In this document: positions 27,830 to 39,632 of the stretch, one piece after another | Position numbering within the stretch: the first letter of the stretch is position 1 | How the letters are laid out: the number at the start of each line of letters is the position of its first letter | Assembly: GCF_016432865.1 (NCBI RefSeq) | Contig: NC_067398.1 | Span: 270,940,001-271,004,000, forward strand | Direction of reading: 5' to 3' | DNA from: Antechinus flavipes | Taxonomy: Eukaryota | DNA: 64,000 nucleotides | The notes under the pieces: generated by a model | Told to the model about the DNA's origin: nothing | Database searches by the model: none | What the model saw: the letters and a program-made list of their open reading frames with translations, nothing else | Made by a program: the position numbers and the translations under genes

Positions 27830-28218
27830 TGTAATGGGCTGAGGCTTGAATTGATGCACTGAGGTCCCAAGCACATGAGGCTAAATAGTAATTGGACCAT
27901 ACTCTATTAATATATAAGCTTGGAGAAAGAATGGCCCCCGCCCACTCTTTGTGCAAGTCCTGATGTGTTGTATAGGAAATGACGATTCTGGTGGGTGGAG
28001 GCAGGGGAGTGAAAAAGGAAGGGGAGGAGAGCTCAGAGCTCTCGCTCTCTCTCTGCTAGCTGGCTTCCTGTCGCAGCTGCCCATATTGCTATCGCAATCC
28101 TTCTTGCCCATATTGCTATCGCAATCTTTTTTCACCTCTTCACTTCAATAAAGACTGAAGATTTTTCCCTTAACCTGAGTTCCTGACTCCGGCTGATTTT
28201 AAATACACGGTCATTACA
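27830..28218 (+). mobile_element. Solo LTR, probably ERV class II (betaretrovirus-like), relatively young
   Basis: TGTAAT...ATTACA inverted termini; exact 6-bp TSD gttctc (27824-27829 and 28219-28224); AATAAA at 28147-28152; GC box at 27936-27943; several CpGs retained. Confidence 0.9.
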
Positions 28219-29221
28219 GTTCTCCTCATTTGTGTGTCCCTAAATTAGGTTTATGTAGGTACATATTAACTTTTCCCCATGAATGGGAGTGTATGATCCA
28301 GGTTTATGTATAGAATTGTGAGGTAGTGATAATTTCTGCATCTGTTTTATATTGAATAACTATAATATACTGTTATCATTGTCATTTCTGATTCATATCT
28401 AATGGCATCATATTTGTAAGTAGTTGATTTTGTTGATTTTGTAAATGGAAACACATTAGTGGACACTTGAGAACAATAGTGCTAAGTAGGAGAAGTTATT
28501 ATCTCTCAACAAAGTTACCTGTAGGTCTGAGTATAGTAGACTTTCTATGAGAAACCAGACATGACAATGTGAAGGCAGGTTGGGGTATGGGAATCCATGA
28601 GTGAATGGCTGGCCCATATCCTGTGTGAGGAGTTTATACTGGGCATGCCATATACCCATTTATACATATTCATTTTGTACATATTCTGTATATACTTCTA
28701 TATATTCATATTGTCTCTCCTATTAGAATGTAAGCTCCTTGGCAGCAGGAGCAATCTGTTTTGTCTTTGCATCTCCAAAGCTTCTCCAGTGTCTAGAACA
28801 TAAATAATAAATGCTTGTTGATTGTTTGATCGTAGCTACATGATTCTGCCATAAATTGCCAATGCTTTTCAAGAAAGTCCCTTCTTCCCTTCACTCCTCA
28901 CCACGTGACTATACTTTGGAAGAAAGCACATCGGGGAAAAAGGTGAGTATCTCCAAGACTGATACAACGTGCATGCTTTGATAGGCCATGAATAATGGTG
29001 TCCCATCAGTTGCTTTTAAACTATGCCTTAGGACCTGTAATTTTATCCTTTTGATTTAGGAACTTCTTTTATTTGGGAAGTGATTATTAAGAAGCCTCTA
29101 ATCTTTAATCTTATCAGGTTGATAAAGGAACTTTCTCTACCTCTCTCCCACCCCTATATAGTTTCATCAGAACCTTGTAACAGCCCTTGCAGACAGGGCT
29201 TCATTTATACACTATACTTTA

Positions 29222-29365
29222 AGGTGATTAATGAAATGGTTGTTCCAATTTATTCCATAGTAGCCAACCCATATACGATTCTCACACAAATTCCAGGGAA
29301 TACGCAATGGTTTTCCACCCTGGACTTTAAAGATGCCTTTTTCTTTATCCCTCTGCATAAAGACT
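29222..29365 (+). pseudogene. Endogenous retrovirus pol fragment (reverse transcriptase motif A region), ERV class I-like
   Basis: Translates VINEMVVPIYSIVANPYTILTQIPGNTQWFSTLDFKDAFFFIPLHKDS, matching the gammaretrovirus-like RT pattern VN..V.P.HP.VPNPYTLL..IP....WFTVLDLKDAFF.IPLH.DS. Confidence 0.88.
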
Positions 29366-30414
29366 CCTTTCTTCAAGCTTCTCCGTAACCTTTTGAAAAC
29401 TAACATTCCAAATGATAGAATTTCTTCCAGAGAAAGTAAATCCATTTAAGTTTGTTTACATCACTTTATCGAGACCGGCTGTCTGGTTTTACCCTCATCA
29501 CTTGTACTACACTTGTCCTCATCTTGCTGTTTCATAGAGGAAGCCAAGATGTGCATGCATGGGAGGAAGGAAGGAACACATAGAGTTATTTTGTACTGGT
29601 ATTCATGTAAAATATGGGATACTGGAATTCTAAAAAAGTGGGGCATCATTGCTCCAAAATCATTGCTTTGCATAAAGCATGGTTCTTATCAAATAAAAAT
29701 GATACCTTTATGCTTTTGCAGTTGTTACAGGCATAATTTGATCCCCCCACCCCTTGCACTCTCTTTATTTGCATTAGTTTACGTAATCTTATCTTTAGGG
29801 CAAAAATTATATCTATTCATGGGTTTTGCCAATCCTAGGATCATCAAAGCATACTTTCTCAGATATGTTACTGGGTCTATCATAAATTCAAAAACCAGTT
29901 AGTTCTTCAAGTCATTAAAGGACACACTGTAAACAGAGACATCCATAAGATACTTGCTGAAAGTGAAATGCAGATCCAGATAGTAATCATGGAATCAGTA
30001 GGGGGCCAGATCTCAATTCTTGTTTGTGTCTCATGACTTCTTTTCATTGCTTTCACAGGAAGGAAACAGAACTCTAATTGTTTCAGGGTGGAATGAGAGC
30101 CTCCCTTCAGAAATCCACATTTTCATCCCAGGTATCCTGAATGGTATAGATCTGCCAAAATTGGGCAGAGGATACATCTCCTTAAGAGAGTCCTTTGGAC
30201 GAATTCCTGTTTCCAATCTCCCTAGAAATCCCCAGAGAAAAACACCCTCATGAGCAATCTTGTCACTTCTGTCTCTCAGTTCTATGTGAAAACAGGAAGT
30301 GGAAAGAGCCAGGCAGAAATATAAAATGATGACTAAAATAGCTGATAGTAAATTACCTTTTTTTTCCTTCTAAAATTCAAAATTTCTATTAGCATGTGGC
30401 TATGAGCGATAAGT

Positions 30415-30662
30415 AGAGGTAACTATGTGGCTCAGTAGATACAGCACTCATTCTGGAGTCAGTATGACCTCAGTTCAAATATATTCTTACACTTAATAGC
30501 TGTGTGATCTTGGGCAAATCATTTAAGTTCTGTTTACCTTAATCCACTGCAGAAGAAAATGGCAAACCACTTCATATGTTTGTCAAGAAAATTTTATAGA
30601 TAGCGCTGATGTGATATGATCCACAGGGTCATGAAGAGTTAGACATGATTGAACAACAATGA
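30415..30662 (+). mobile_element. MAR1-like SINE
   Basis: Head, core and caacaa tail. Confidence 0.75.
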
Positions 30663-31399
30663 CAGAATTATGGGGAGAGGATATGGAGGGAATAGCTCTC
30701 TAAAGCCTTAATAATAAAAGTGAAAAAGCATATTTATTAAGTTATCAATAGGCACTATGCAAATTGCTAGGGAATGAAAGACTAAATGAAACGGGGCCCC
30801 TCCTTTCAAGGAGCTCATATTTTCCTGAAAGAAGATACATAAATAGGTAAATAAATACAAGATATATACCAAAATACCATAAGGAAATGGGGAACACTAA
30901 CATCTGGGGGAATCGGGAATGACCTTTTGAAGGAAGTCCTTGAGTTAAGATCTGAAGGGATTTAGGACTTTTAACAGGAGGAAATGAAGAAGAAGAATGT
31001 TCCAAATATGGGCATAAAGGTGGGACATGGGCTGTTTTATAAGGAGACCTGCAAAAAAGGACAATTGCCCATAACAATGATTATATGGGGAAGTATAATC
31101 AGTCTGGAAAAGTATACTGGATCCAAATTGAAAACCTTAGGAAGGTTCCTTGAGGACAAAGGACATTAGCAACAGAAATGTGCAGAATGTACTTTTTGAT
31201 AGACAAATTAAATTGTATTAAGTTCAATTCAATTAATTCAATTCAATTCAGCCAAATACCAAATGGTATTCACAACTGTGAAGCAATAAATATGTTTTCC
31301 TTTAACTTCTTATACTTTCAGAAACCTTTGATTCTTTTTTTTTCCCCCAAACTATTTTGATCTGTTTGTTTGATCTAAAACACCAGCTAAGATCTCTCA

Positions 31400-31620
31400 A
31401 AACCTGGCAACTAGGTAGATAGAGTAGATAGAGCACTGGGTTTGGAGTTCGAAAGACTTCTCTTCTTGAGTTCAAATCCAGTCTCAGTCACTGACTGACT
31501 TTGTGAAAGTTACTTCAATCTATCAGCCTCAGTTTCCTCATCTGTAAAATTATCTGGAGAAGAAAATGGCAAAACAGCCCAGTATCTTTGCTAAATGGGA
31601 TCAAGAAGACTCAGATACAA
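31400..31620 (+). mobile_element. MAR1-like SINE
   Basis: Head, cctcagtttcctcatctgtaaaat core and tail remnant. Confidence 0.7.
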
Positions 31621-32074
31621 TTTAATTTACTAAATATCAACAACAAAGACCTTTCTTCCTCTCTCCTGAGATTTAATATCACATTTACAACTCCCTGATG
31701 GACATTTATACTTCCTGCTACTTTATACTCATCATGTCCCAAACCAAGTTCATCATTCAAAGCAATATAACGAAATTTTCTAAAACCTATTATGTGCAGG
31801 ATTAGACATAAAGATAGATAATTATAAAACAAGAACACATGACAAGTGCATTGAGAAGAGACAAGGGATTTCTAAAAGTACATGAAAAGTTGTATGGAAG
31901 AAGGATTAATAAGATTTTCCTTGGTAATAATGTGCAGAAGTTATAGGGACAGTTTTCTGCTAACATAGGGATAAAAAAACTTATTAAAAGTTAAAATTTT
32001 CCCAAAGTAGAATGCATTTCCACAACTTTGGAAGTAATAAAAAAGGCTGGATTTCCTCTTTTCAGGAATGCTAT

Positions 32075-32292
32075 CAGTGGTGTCAAACATGTATTGCAGA
32101 GTCACATGTGACACACCAAACTCCTGAGAAAGGCCTGAATCAGAATAAAATGTAACTGGAAAACATTTTGAAAAATAAATGAAAATACAATAAAATAGAT
32201 AATTTGACATTTTAAAACTAAATCAATATGTGTAGCCTTGTAGGTATCCTCATGTGCAGTGTAATGGCCCCTATTTGAATTTCATACCACTG
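32075..32292. mobile_element. hAT-type MITE
   Basis: Terminal inverted repeats cagtggtgtcaaa ... ttcataccactg; no intact TSD. Confidence 0.6.
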
Positions 32293-32895
32293 TTGTAAAT
32301 GAGATTTATCACTTGAGATGAGGTTTGGACAAAATAACCTCTGGAGTTCTTTCCAACCCTATGGTTACAATAAGTGAATAATGCAGTACAACTGAACCTC
32401 TTTTATTATCTTGATATTTCTGGTTATGATTATACTTTTCTCAAATTGTTAAGTAATTTCTGAATGGAACAGTTCAATGTGATCCTCACTATAATTATAG
32501 TTGGAAAAATATTAATTTAAGGAGCATTACCCTTAGGGAAAGCTTGATCTATTCTATTGATAGCATTCTTAATCTATTCAATAAGGATGAATAAATTAGC
32601 AGATTTCAAGGGTTTTCCTCTAAGGAAACTATGGTTCCCAAACTCATTTAGCCACTGACTGTCAAATTGATCTTCCACTGACATACTTGGCAAAGGATCT
32701 GAATATCACTAGCATACCATCTAACATGATCTATCTGAGCAATGAACATTTTAATTTTTTTTCATAAAATATGCTCTGGGAATTAATCTTATCATTTACA
32801 ACGATGTTAACAACAATATTATATTCATAAGCCAATGTGATCTTAATAATTTTCCATCATATTTTCCTATATAGATATATCTCAGAGATCATAAT

Positions 32896-33354
32896 TGTGG
32901 CAAATATTTTGCCACTTGCTATTTGCTACTGCTTAGTAAAAATCTAAAATCTCTCCCCAGTAAATCTGTAACTGGGTAAAGCACACTTTTAAGAGATCAT
33001 ATATAAAGAAGCTCTTGGAGCCTCAGCGAGGAGTCAGTGGAGGAGTCAGTTCGGGAGATTGACAGAGCCAGAATTCAGTTGAGAAGATTCAGAGAAAAGC
33101 TGGAGGCTGAAGCTGGCAGAGGCAAAGGACAAGCTGCAAGAGCTGTTGGAACCAAGCAGAGAGATAGGCCTCTAAGAAAGCTAACCGGGCTATTTTGAAA
33201 GAGACAATAAAGGATTTGAACTTTTAACAGCTGGCTGAATTTGAACTGAACTGAACTGAACTGTACTGAACTGAACTAAGGCTGCCTCCAGAAGCCCCCC
33301 AAGTAACCTCCTCTCAAAGAAATGATTCATATTTGAGAAAAGAATAACACCACA
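32896..33354 (+). mobile_element. LTR-like element (solo LTR, 5' boundary uncertain)
   Basis: TGTGG...CCACA ends; TATA box (tatataaag, ~33000); purine-rich R region; AATAAA at ~33207; (gaact)n expansion in U5. No matching TSD found. Confidence 0.6.
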
Positions 33355-33384
33355 GTTCTATACAAGAAATTCTTATATATGAGC

Positions 33385-33625
33385 AAAAAAGTTGTGGCTG
33401 TTATTCAGTCATATCTGACTCTTTATAACCCCATTTGAGAGTTTCTTGGCAAAGATACTGAAGTGATTTGCCATTTCCTTCTCCACTTCACTTTATCGAT
33501 GCAGAAATGGCAGCAAAGAGGGTAAAGTGACTTGCCCAAGGTCACATGGCTAATAAGTTTTTGAAGCTAGACTTAAGTCATCTTTTTGATTGCAGGCTCA
33601 ACACTTCATCCACTGTGTCACCTAT
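33385..33625 (-). mobile_element. MAR1-like SINE
   Basis: Reverse-complement tail and core. Confidence 0.7.
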
Positions 33626-35914
33626 TTTCCCTAGCAAAAAGTAGAGTGGCCCAAAGTATAATTTAGAGACACAAGAAAATAGAGACAAATTCTGGCCATC
33701 ACTAATTAGAGTAGCTTTTAGCTAGGCCACAAGTGGATATACTAGATGTTATCACGTCAAATATTTGCAGATATAGCTCCAACTTCAAATATGGAAAGGG
33801 AATTGTTAAAGTCTTTAAGAGGATTTTCAGGACAAGAACATTTAAATCCCTTTTTTCTGGGCTAAGCATAGAAACAAAACCCATCTATCAATGATCAATG
33901 TCTTCCCAGACAAACTAACACATCTTTATTCCAAAAGATTGAGGAGTTTATAGAAGAAGAGATTTAAGGCAAAGGCTATTGTCTTTCTTTTATATTTTGC
34001 ATTCATCAGATTATTCCAGAGCTTCATATGGCAAAATGGGATAAAAATGTAGACACTGTTTCAAAAATAACAAAAGCCTTGCCAAACAAAGAAACTATGA
34101 ACAGTCACATTGGTCAAACATCTGCTCTTAAAGTGAACATCTGTCTTAAGTTCATTGCTTTGGATGTCACCTAATTCAACCTCCTCATTTTATAAATGAG
34201 GAAACAGAGGCCCAGAGAATTAGCTCAAGCCAAAAATTCTTTAGTAGTTAAGGGGGAGAGATTAAAACCAACTTCTCTTACTCCAAATTCAGTGACCTTT
34301 CCACAGCACCACAGTACTCCAAAAAGGTACTTCTATGGGAACTCATAAAGTCTCCTTCCTTGAGAGTTTTTAAAATAATATTATTTCAACTGGCCTAGAA
34401 CATCTCAAGTTGTACATAGTTTTTGATTTGGAATCAGAATGGATTAAAATCCAGCCTTTAGATTTGATAAAGCATGACCTGAAAAAAAGTTACTTAACCT
34501 GAGACCTAACTGTACTATGGAGATAAGGACACCTTAGTATTTGCCTCAAAGGATTGTTTTGTTTTTGGTATGGATTTAAAGAGAGAATGCATATAAATCA
34601 CTTTGCTGTCTTTAAATTGTTATACAAAAATTTGGTTTTATGATTGTGCTTGAAAGAGGTGATAGATTGCATCATTCCTTCCAACCTTTTGAGTGTCAGG
34701 CTTTTCTCATACTGAGAATGCCATAAATGTGGAGAGGAAATGATATACAGTAAATCATCAGTGTCTAACCAATAGCTCCCATACCCTACTCCTAATTCCT
34801 TTTACCTCATTAGGTCTAAACTTTTGCCTTGACCTAGCTTTTCTGAAAACATTTTTCTCAATTTATCCTCGGGTATGCTCCCTTGGCTCTCAACCTGCTT
34901 TACTGATTCTCTGACATTACAGAATTTGGGATTCTTCCTTTACATCTATTATTCTGCTTCTTTCTCAGACACTATAAACAGGGTCCTTCTCAGAATTTTT
35001 CTCTTTTAAAGCCCAAATCTGCTATCCCTCGTGTACCCCTATTCTGACAATAAATCTATAGTTCTATATTATGAAAACCTATAAAGCTCCAGCATGATCA
35101 AATAATCAATTTAATGACTATTACAGGGTTTTGCACATGGTAACAATTTAATAAGTGTTTTATTCATTCATTCATTCATGCATCTTCTTAGACTAGGCAG
35201 GAGCTATGGCAATTTGTTTTGATCTTTTTTGGAAAGAAGATGCAATTCCCAGGGAAATTCTAAGTGAAGCATTTAAGTCTTATAGTGATTTTCACAACAA
35301 AGGTGCTCTTCTAATTGTGTCATTGTTTCCAGACCAAATTCATGTAGTTGCAAAGCTTCCATAATATTGTATGATTATGGAATATAACTATAACTGGACT
35401 CTATTTTTTTTTAAAAAGCTTTTCTTATTATTATTAACTTAGAAAACATAAACTTCAGGTTTCATTGATTTTTGCCTTAGAGAAATTTGCTTCCTACTAT
35501 GCACCATATAATCCTTTTAAGATTACTACTACTCCTCTGTACAGTTTGAGCAATTCTTAAAAAAAAAACCAACATCAATTAACGTAATTGATCTTGTAGC
35601 TAGCACACAGTAGTGTTCTACTACAAATGTATTAAATGAACAGGAACTAATGGTGAACAAAGAAATATGTGAATTTTGCTGAGAAGTAGCAATGGTGGGA
35701 AGAAGTTTGGGTGAGATCTCAGAGCACCCTAGATTTTGGCTCTGCCATTTACTATTTGTGTGAGGCAAATCACCTCACCTCTTTAAGCTTAAATTCAGAG
35801 ATGATTAGCACTAGAAAGAAACCAGTACTTCCTCACTGAAAACTTTTTGAATACTCTCTAAAATGAGGCAAACAATACTTATGTTATTTAGTGCAGGAAA
35901 TTTTTTATAAGGAT

Positions 35915-37145
35915 CAGTTGTGCTAAATGGTCTCTTCTCAACCCTCATTCTCTTTGAACTATCCCGATTTTGATACTGTTAATAGCCCTTTCCTACCGGA
36001 TATTCTTTTCTCTCTTAATTTTCAGGATAAGGCTCTCTCCTGGTACTCCTTTTATCAATTTGTTCCTTTTCATTCTCCTTTGCTGGTCTTTTATCCCTAT
36101 TATGCCCACTACTGGGACTCTGTTCTGGGGTCTTCTCTCTTTTCACTTTATACTATTTTACATGAAAATCTAGAGCATCATCCCTATGGAAATGGCTCTT
36201 AGACCTTTATACCCATTCAGTCTTTCTCCTGAGTTACAATATTACCTACTGCCTCTTGGACATCTCAAGTTGGATGTCCTGTAAGCGTTTCAAACTTAAT
36301 TCAATCCAAGTTGACTTGGACTCAAAAGTCCCAATCAGAATTTATTATGTTTTCAACTAAACCCTCCCTCTCTTTTTCCTAATTTCCTTCTTGCTATTGA
36401 AAATACTACAATTCTTCCAGTCACCCAGGACCATAACCTGGCAGTGTCTAGCACAAATTAATACTTATTGACCTTGAAATTATCCTTGACTTGTTACTGT
36501 CACTAATCCCACATATCTAATCTATTGCCAAATCTTGTTGTTCCTACCTTCACTGACATTTTTCATTTAGGTCCCTTTCTTTATATTCACATAGCAACTA
36601 CCCTAATTCAGGCCTTCGTTATTACCTCTTACTCAGACTAATACAATGGTGCTCTAACTGGTCTCCCTCCATTCTCTACTCAGCAGTCAAAGCAATTTTT
36701 CTAAAGTGTAGATATCCCCTCCTTTCTTCCCCATCTCCTGTCCCCAGCTACTCAAGAAACTTTGGTGGCTCCCTATTATTCCATGATTAAATCCTCTGTT
36801 AGGCATTAAAGTTTTTCATAACCTGGCTCCTTTCTAGTCTTCCTTTTACACTTTAGTCCCTGCATGAATTCTACTATTCACCACCAACTCAAAGTTTTCT
36901 AGCTCCCTTTAAAGCTCAGCTTAAATTTTATCTTCTACTAGCGATCTTTTCTGTTCCTCCCATAGTTAGTATCTCTCCTTCCCAGATTATCTTTCATAGA
37001 TCTTATATGTACCTTGTTGTTTACATGTAGCTTCTCCATTAGATTGTAAGGTCTTTGAGGACAGAGACTATATTTCTGCCTCTTTCTGCATCCTCAGCAT
37101 TTAATATAGTGTCTGGCTCATAGTAATCACTTAAATTTGTTTGTT
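35915..37145 (+). mobile_element. Long L2 LINE remnant (RT end to 3' tail)
   Basis: Pyrimidine-rich L2 body (ggacatctcaagttggatgtcc, ggtggctccctatt, aaagctcagcttaaat) ending in the L2 tail ctttgaggacagagac...tttgttgatggatt. Confidence 0.7.
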
Positions 37146-37359
37146 GATGGATTAATAATGTGTGGAAGGTGCTTTATGAAGCATTTAATGGTTTACAAAG
37201 GATTTTTATTAGTGTTATTTATTATTATTATTACTATTATAATTATTGATGTTATTAGATGACATTAGTATTTAAGATGGTTTACGATGGGGTGGGGGTG
37301 GGGGTTTAAAACAGAGAGCACTTTGGAATGCAAAAGACAATACAGACTAATGAGATCTA

Positions 37360-37450
37360 AGATAATGGTAGTATCTTAAAAATTGTAAAGCACTTAACAC
37401 AGTGGCTGGCACAGAGTAGGCACTTAATAAATGCTTATTCCCTTCCTTCT
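37360..37450 (+). mobile_element. MIR-like 3' end
   Basis: aaagcacttaacacagtggctggcacagagtaggcacttaataaatgcttattcc. Confidence 0.7.
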
Positions 37451-38609
37451 AGTTGTTGATCCCATTTCCATTCCTGAACTTTACTGTGTTTGACTCTGTC
37501 TCTGTTTCCCTTTTGATTTTGAACATGAACTCTATTCTCTGATGTAGCAAGCTGCTTATGTGCAAGTATTAATTCAAACATGTATATGGTAACATCTGCT
37601 GGGATGCTCTTTGACTATCACTCTTAGATGATGACTTCTAGGAGGCTCAGAATCTGTTAACACTTCCCAGATTCAGATGAGGAACATGCTTTATTAAATA
37701 GAAGACCACCAGCTTTGTGATTATAAGACCTAAAGTGGAGACCAGGCAATACCATTTACCAGCTCAATCACCCACAGAGAAATCACTCAGGATGGATGCT
37801 TTCTTATTTATAAAGTGGGGATGAATTATGTAGAGGCAGCATGGCCTAGTGGCTAGAAAGAAAGTTGGCTTTCAATTCAGGAAGTTCTAGATCTTAGTAA
37901 GCATATGTTGACCAGTGTTCCTGGGAAAGTCACTCAGTTTTCAGATGCCGTCTGCTTTGAGTTTTCTTATTAAGGAGTTCCTTCTATGAAATCACTGCTT
38001 CTGTCCTTCCCTGCTCTTCCCTCTCCTTGCCCCCAGGGAAAGGTGGGGATAATTCAGAAAAAAGTTAAGTTTCTCCACTTCTCTGTCAGATTATTGTGAC
38101 TGTCCTGGCCTGTCCCAAATCAAGATTGCTCCTTAGAATAGCAGGATTAATACCATTCCCATTAGATCTTAGCAGCATAATAATGCCTTATCTCTCTATG
38201 AAAGCTCTTTTTGTCTCCCACTCAACTGTTGATAGTAGACAACGAATTAATACTCTCATTAGGCAAGCCTTAACGCGATAACCCTCTAAGTGTCATTCTC
38301 TGGAACAGAAAACAATTGTGCAAATGTAGCTCTCTGAAGGGTGAGCCCCTTCTGCTGATAATGATTGCATATGTACCTGTGTGGACTTGCATTCTCTCTC
38401 ATCCTTTGATATAATGATAAGATCTAGTCATGGGAGTGGGATGGAAGTGTGTGGGGAGGCTCATCATTTATACTGGTATCAAAGCTTTCCAAGAAGCAGA
38501 GATACAATCTAGTACAAAGTTTGGGTCTGTATGAAAGTGAAGGAAATCAGGGCTTGGGTCAACAAACAAATATTGTTTTAGTTTTTAATGATTTACTGAA
38601 AGTTGATGC

Positions 38610-38820
38610 TTACCTAGAGTCAGGAAGATTCATCTTCCAAAATTCCAATCTGACCTCAAACATTAGTTATATGATTCCAGGAGAGTCACTTCACCCTGTT
38701 TGCCTCAGTTTCCTTATCTGTAAAATGAGCTGCAGAAGGAAATGACAAAGTACTCCAGTGTCTTTGCCAAGAAAACCCCATATGGAATCACAAAGCATCA
38801 GACCTGACTAAATAACAAAA
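38610..38820 (+). mobile_element. MAR1-like SINE
   Basis: Core and ttgccaagaaaacccca tail. Confidence 0.72.
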
Positions 38821-39228
38821 AAGGTGGTGAAGATTATTAAGTTTTTGTTGGGAAATGCTCTTTGTTTTTTCTAATTCTTTTCACCTCATTTAAAATGATT
38901 TCCCATAAGGGAATTTTTGCAGTCTCCCTGGGGAGGCCAATCACATTTAAATTCAACAAACATTTATTAAGTATATGGTTCCTTGAGGTACATGACAAAC
39001 TCCTTCCCCTCCATAAACAAAAAGAATGTTCTGCTTTATTCCTTTTCTGAAGGGGAAATTTCTTAAATTGCTTAAATTGTTGCATATTGTATTCTTAACT
39101 CCTCCGGCCTTCCGAAGCTTTCTAGTATTCTTGACACAGGAGCATAAGCCATTCCTCATTTTACAAACAAGGAAAAATGAGGCCTAATGAAGTTGTGATT
39201 TGCTAAGAGTGAAATCGTTTCTAAGTAC

Positions 39229-39632
39229 TGTCTGGGACAGGTCCAGTGCAAGACCCTCTTCCCAATTAACTAATCAGAGACATCATCAAGTACAAAGAGA
39301 AAGCATTTATTTAATCCCAGATGCACCTGGGAGCCATCCCAACTCCCGCTATGTGCTCCTGGAAACTATCCAGCTTCCAGCTTGTCCAGGGATTAAAAGC
39401 AAAAGACCTGAGCTTTCTCACTGGATAGACTAAAAGGATGTAACCATCCTTGACCAATGGCCACCAATGTTGGCTGCCTCTCACAAGTCATGTCACTTCC
39501 TGCAACTTCCTGTCTCCCAGGTTTCAAAGTTCAATCTTCTAGAGATCATATAACCTCTCCAGGGTCCCAGCTCTGGGAACAGGGATCATATGACTCAATA
39601 CTGAGAAAAATTCATCCAATCAGTCCCATTCA
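39229..39632 (-). mobile_element. Solo LTR, probably ERV class I
   Basis: TG...CA termini; 4-bp TSD gtac (39225-39228 and 39633-39636). On the minus strand: tandem GGAAG sites, two ATTGG (CCAAT) boxes, and AATAAA at 39306-39311 followed by a ~75-bp U5. Confidence 0.8.

Noticed and set aside
28078-28126. CRISPR-like or prokaryotic repeat array
   Set aside because: Only two units with a 5-bp spacer inside an LTR in a vertebrate genome; no arrays or cas genes anywhere in the window.
29400-30260. Endogenous bornavirus or filovirus element
   Set aside because: Translations in the frames I read gave no convincing match to recalled N/NP or L motifs, and stop density is near random.
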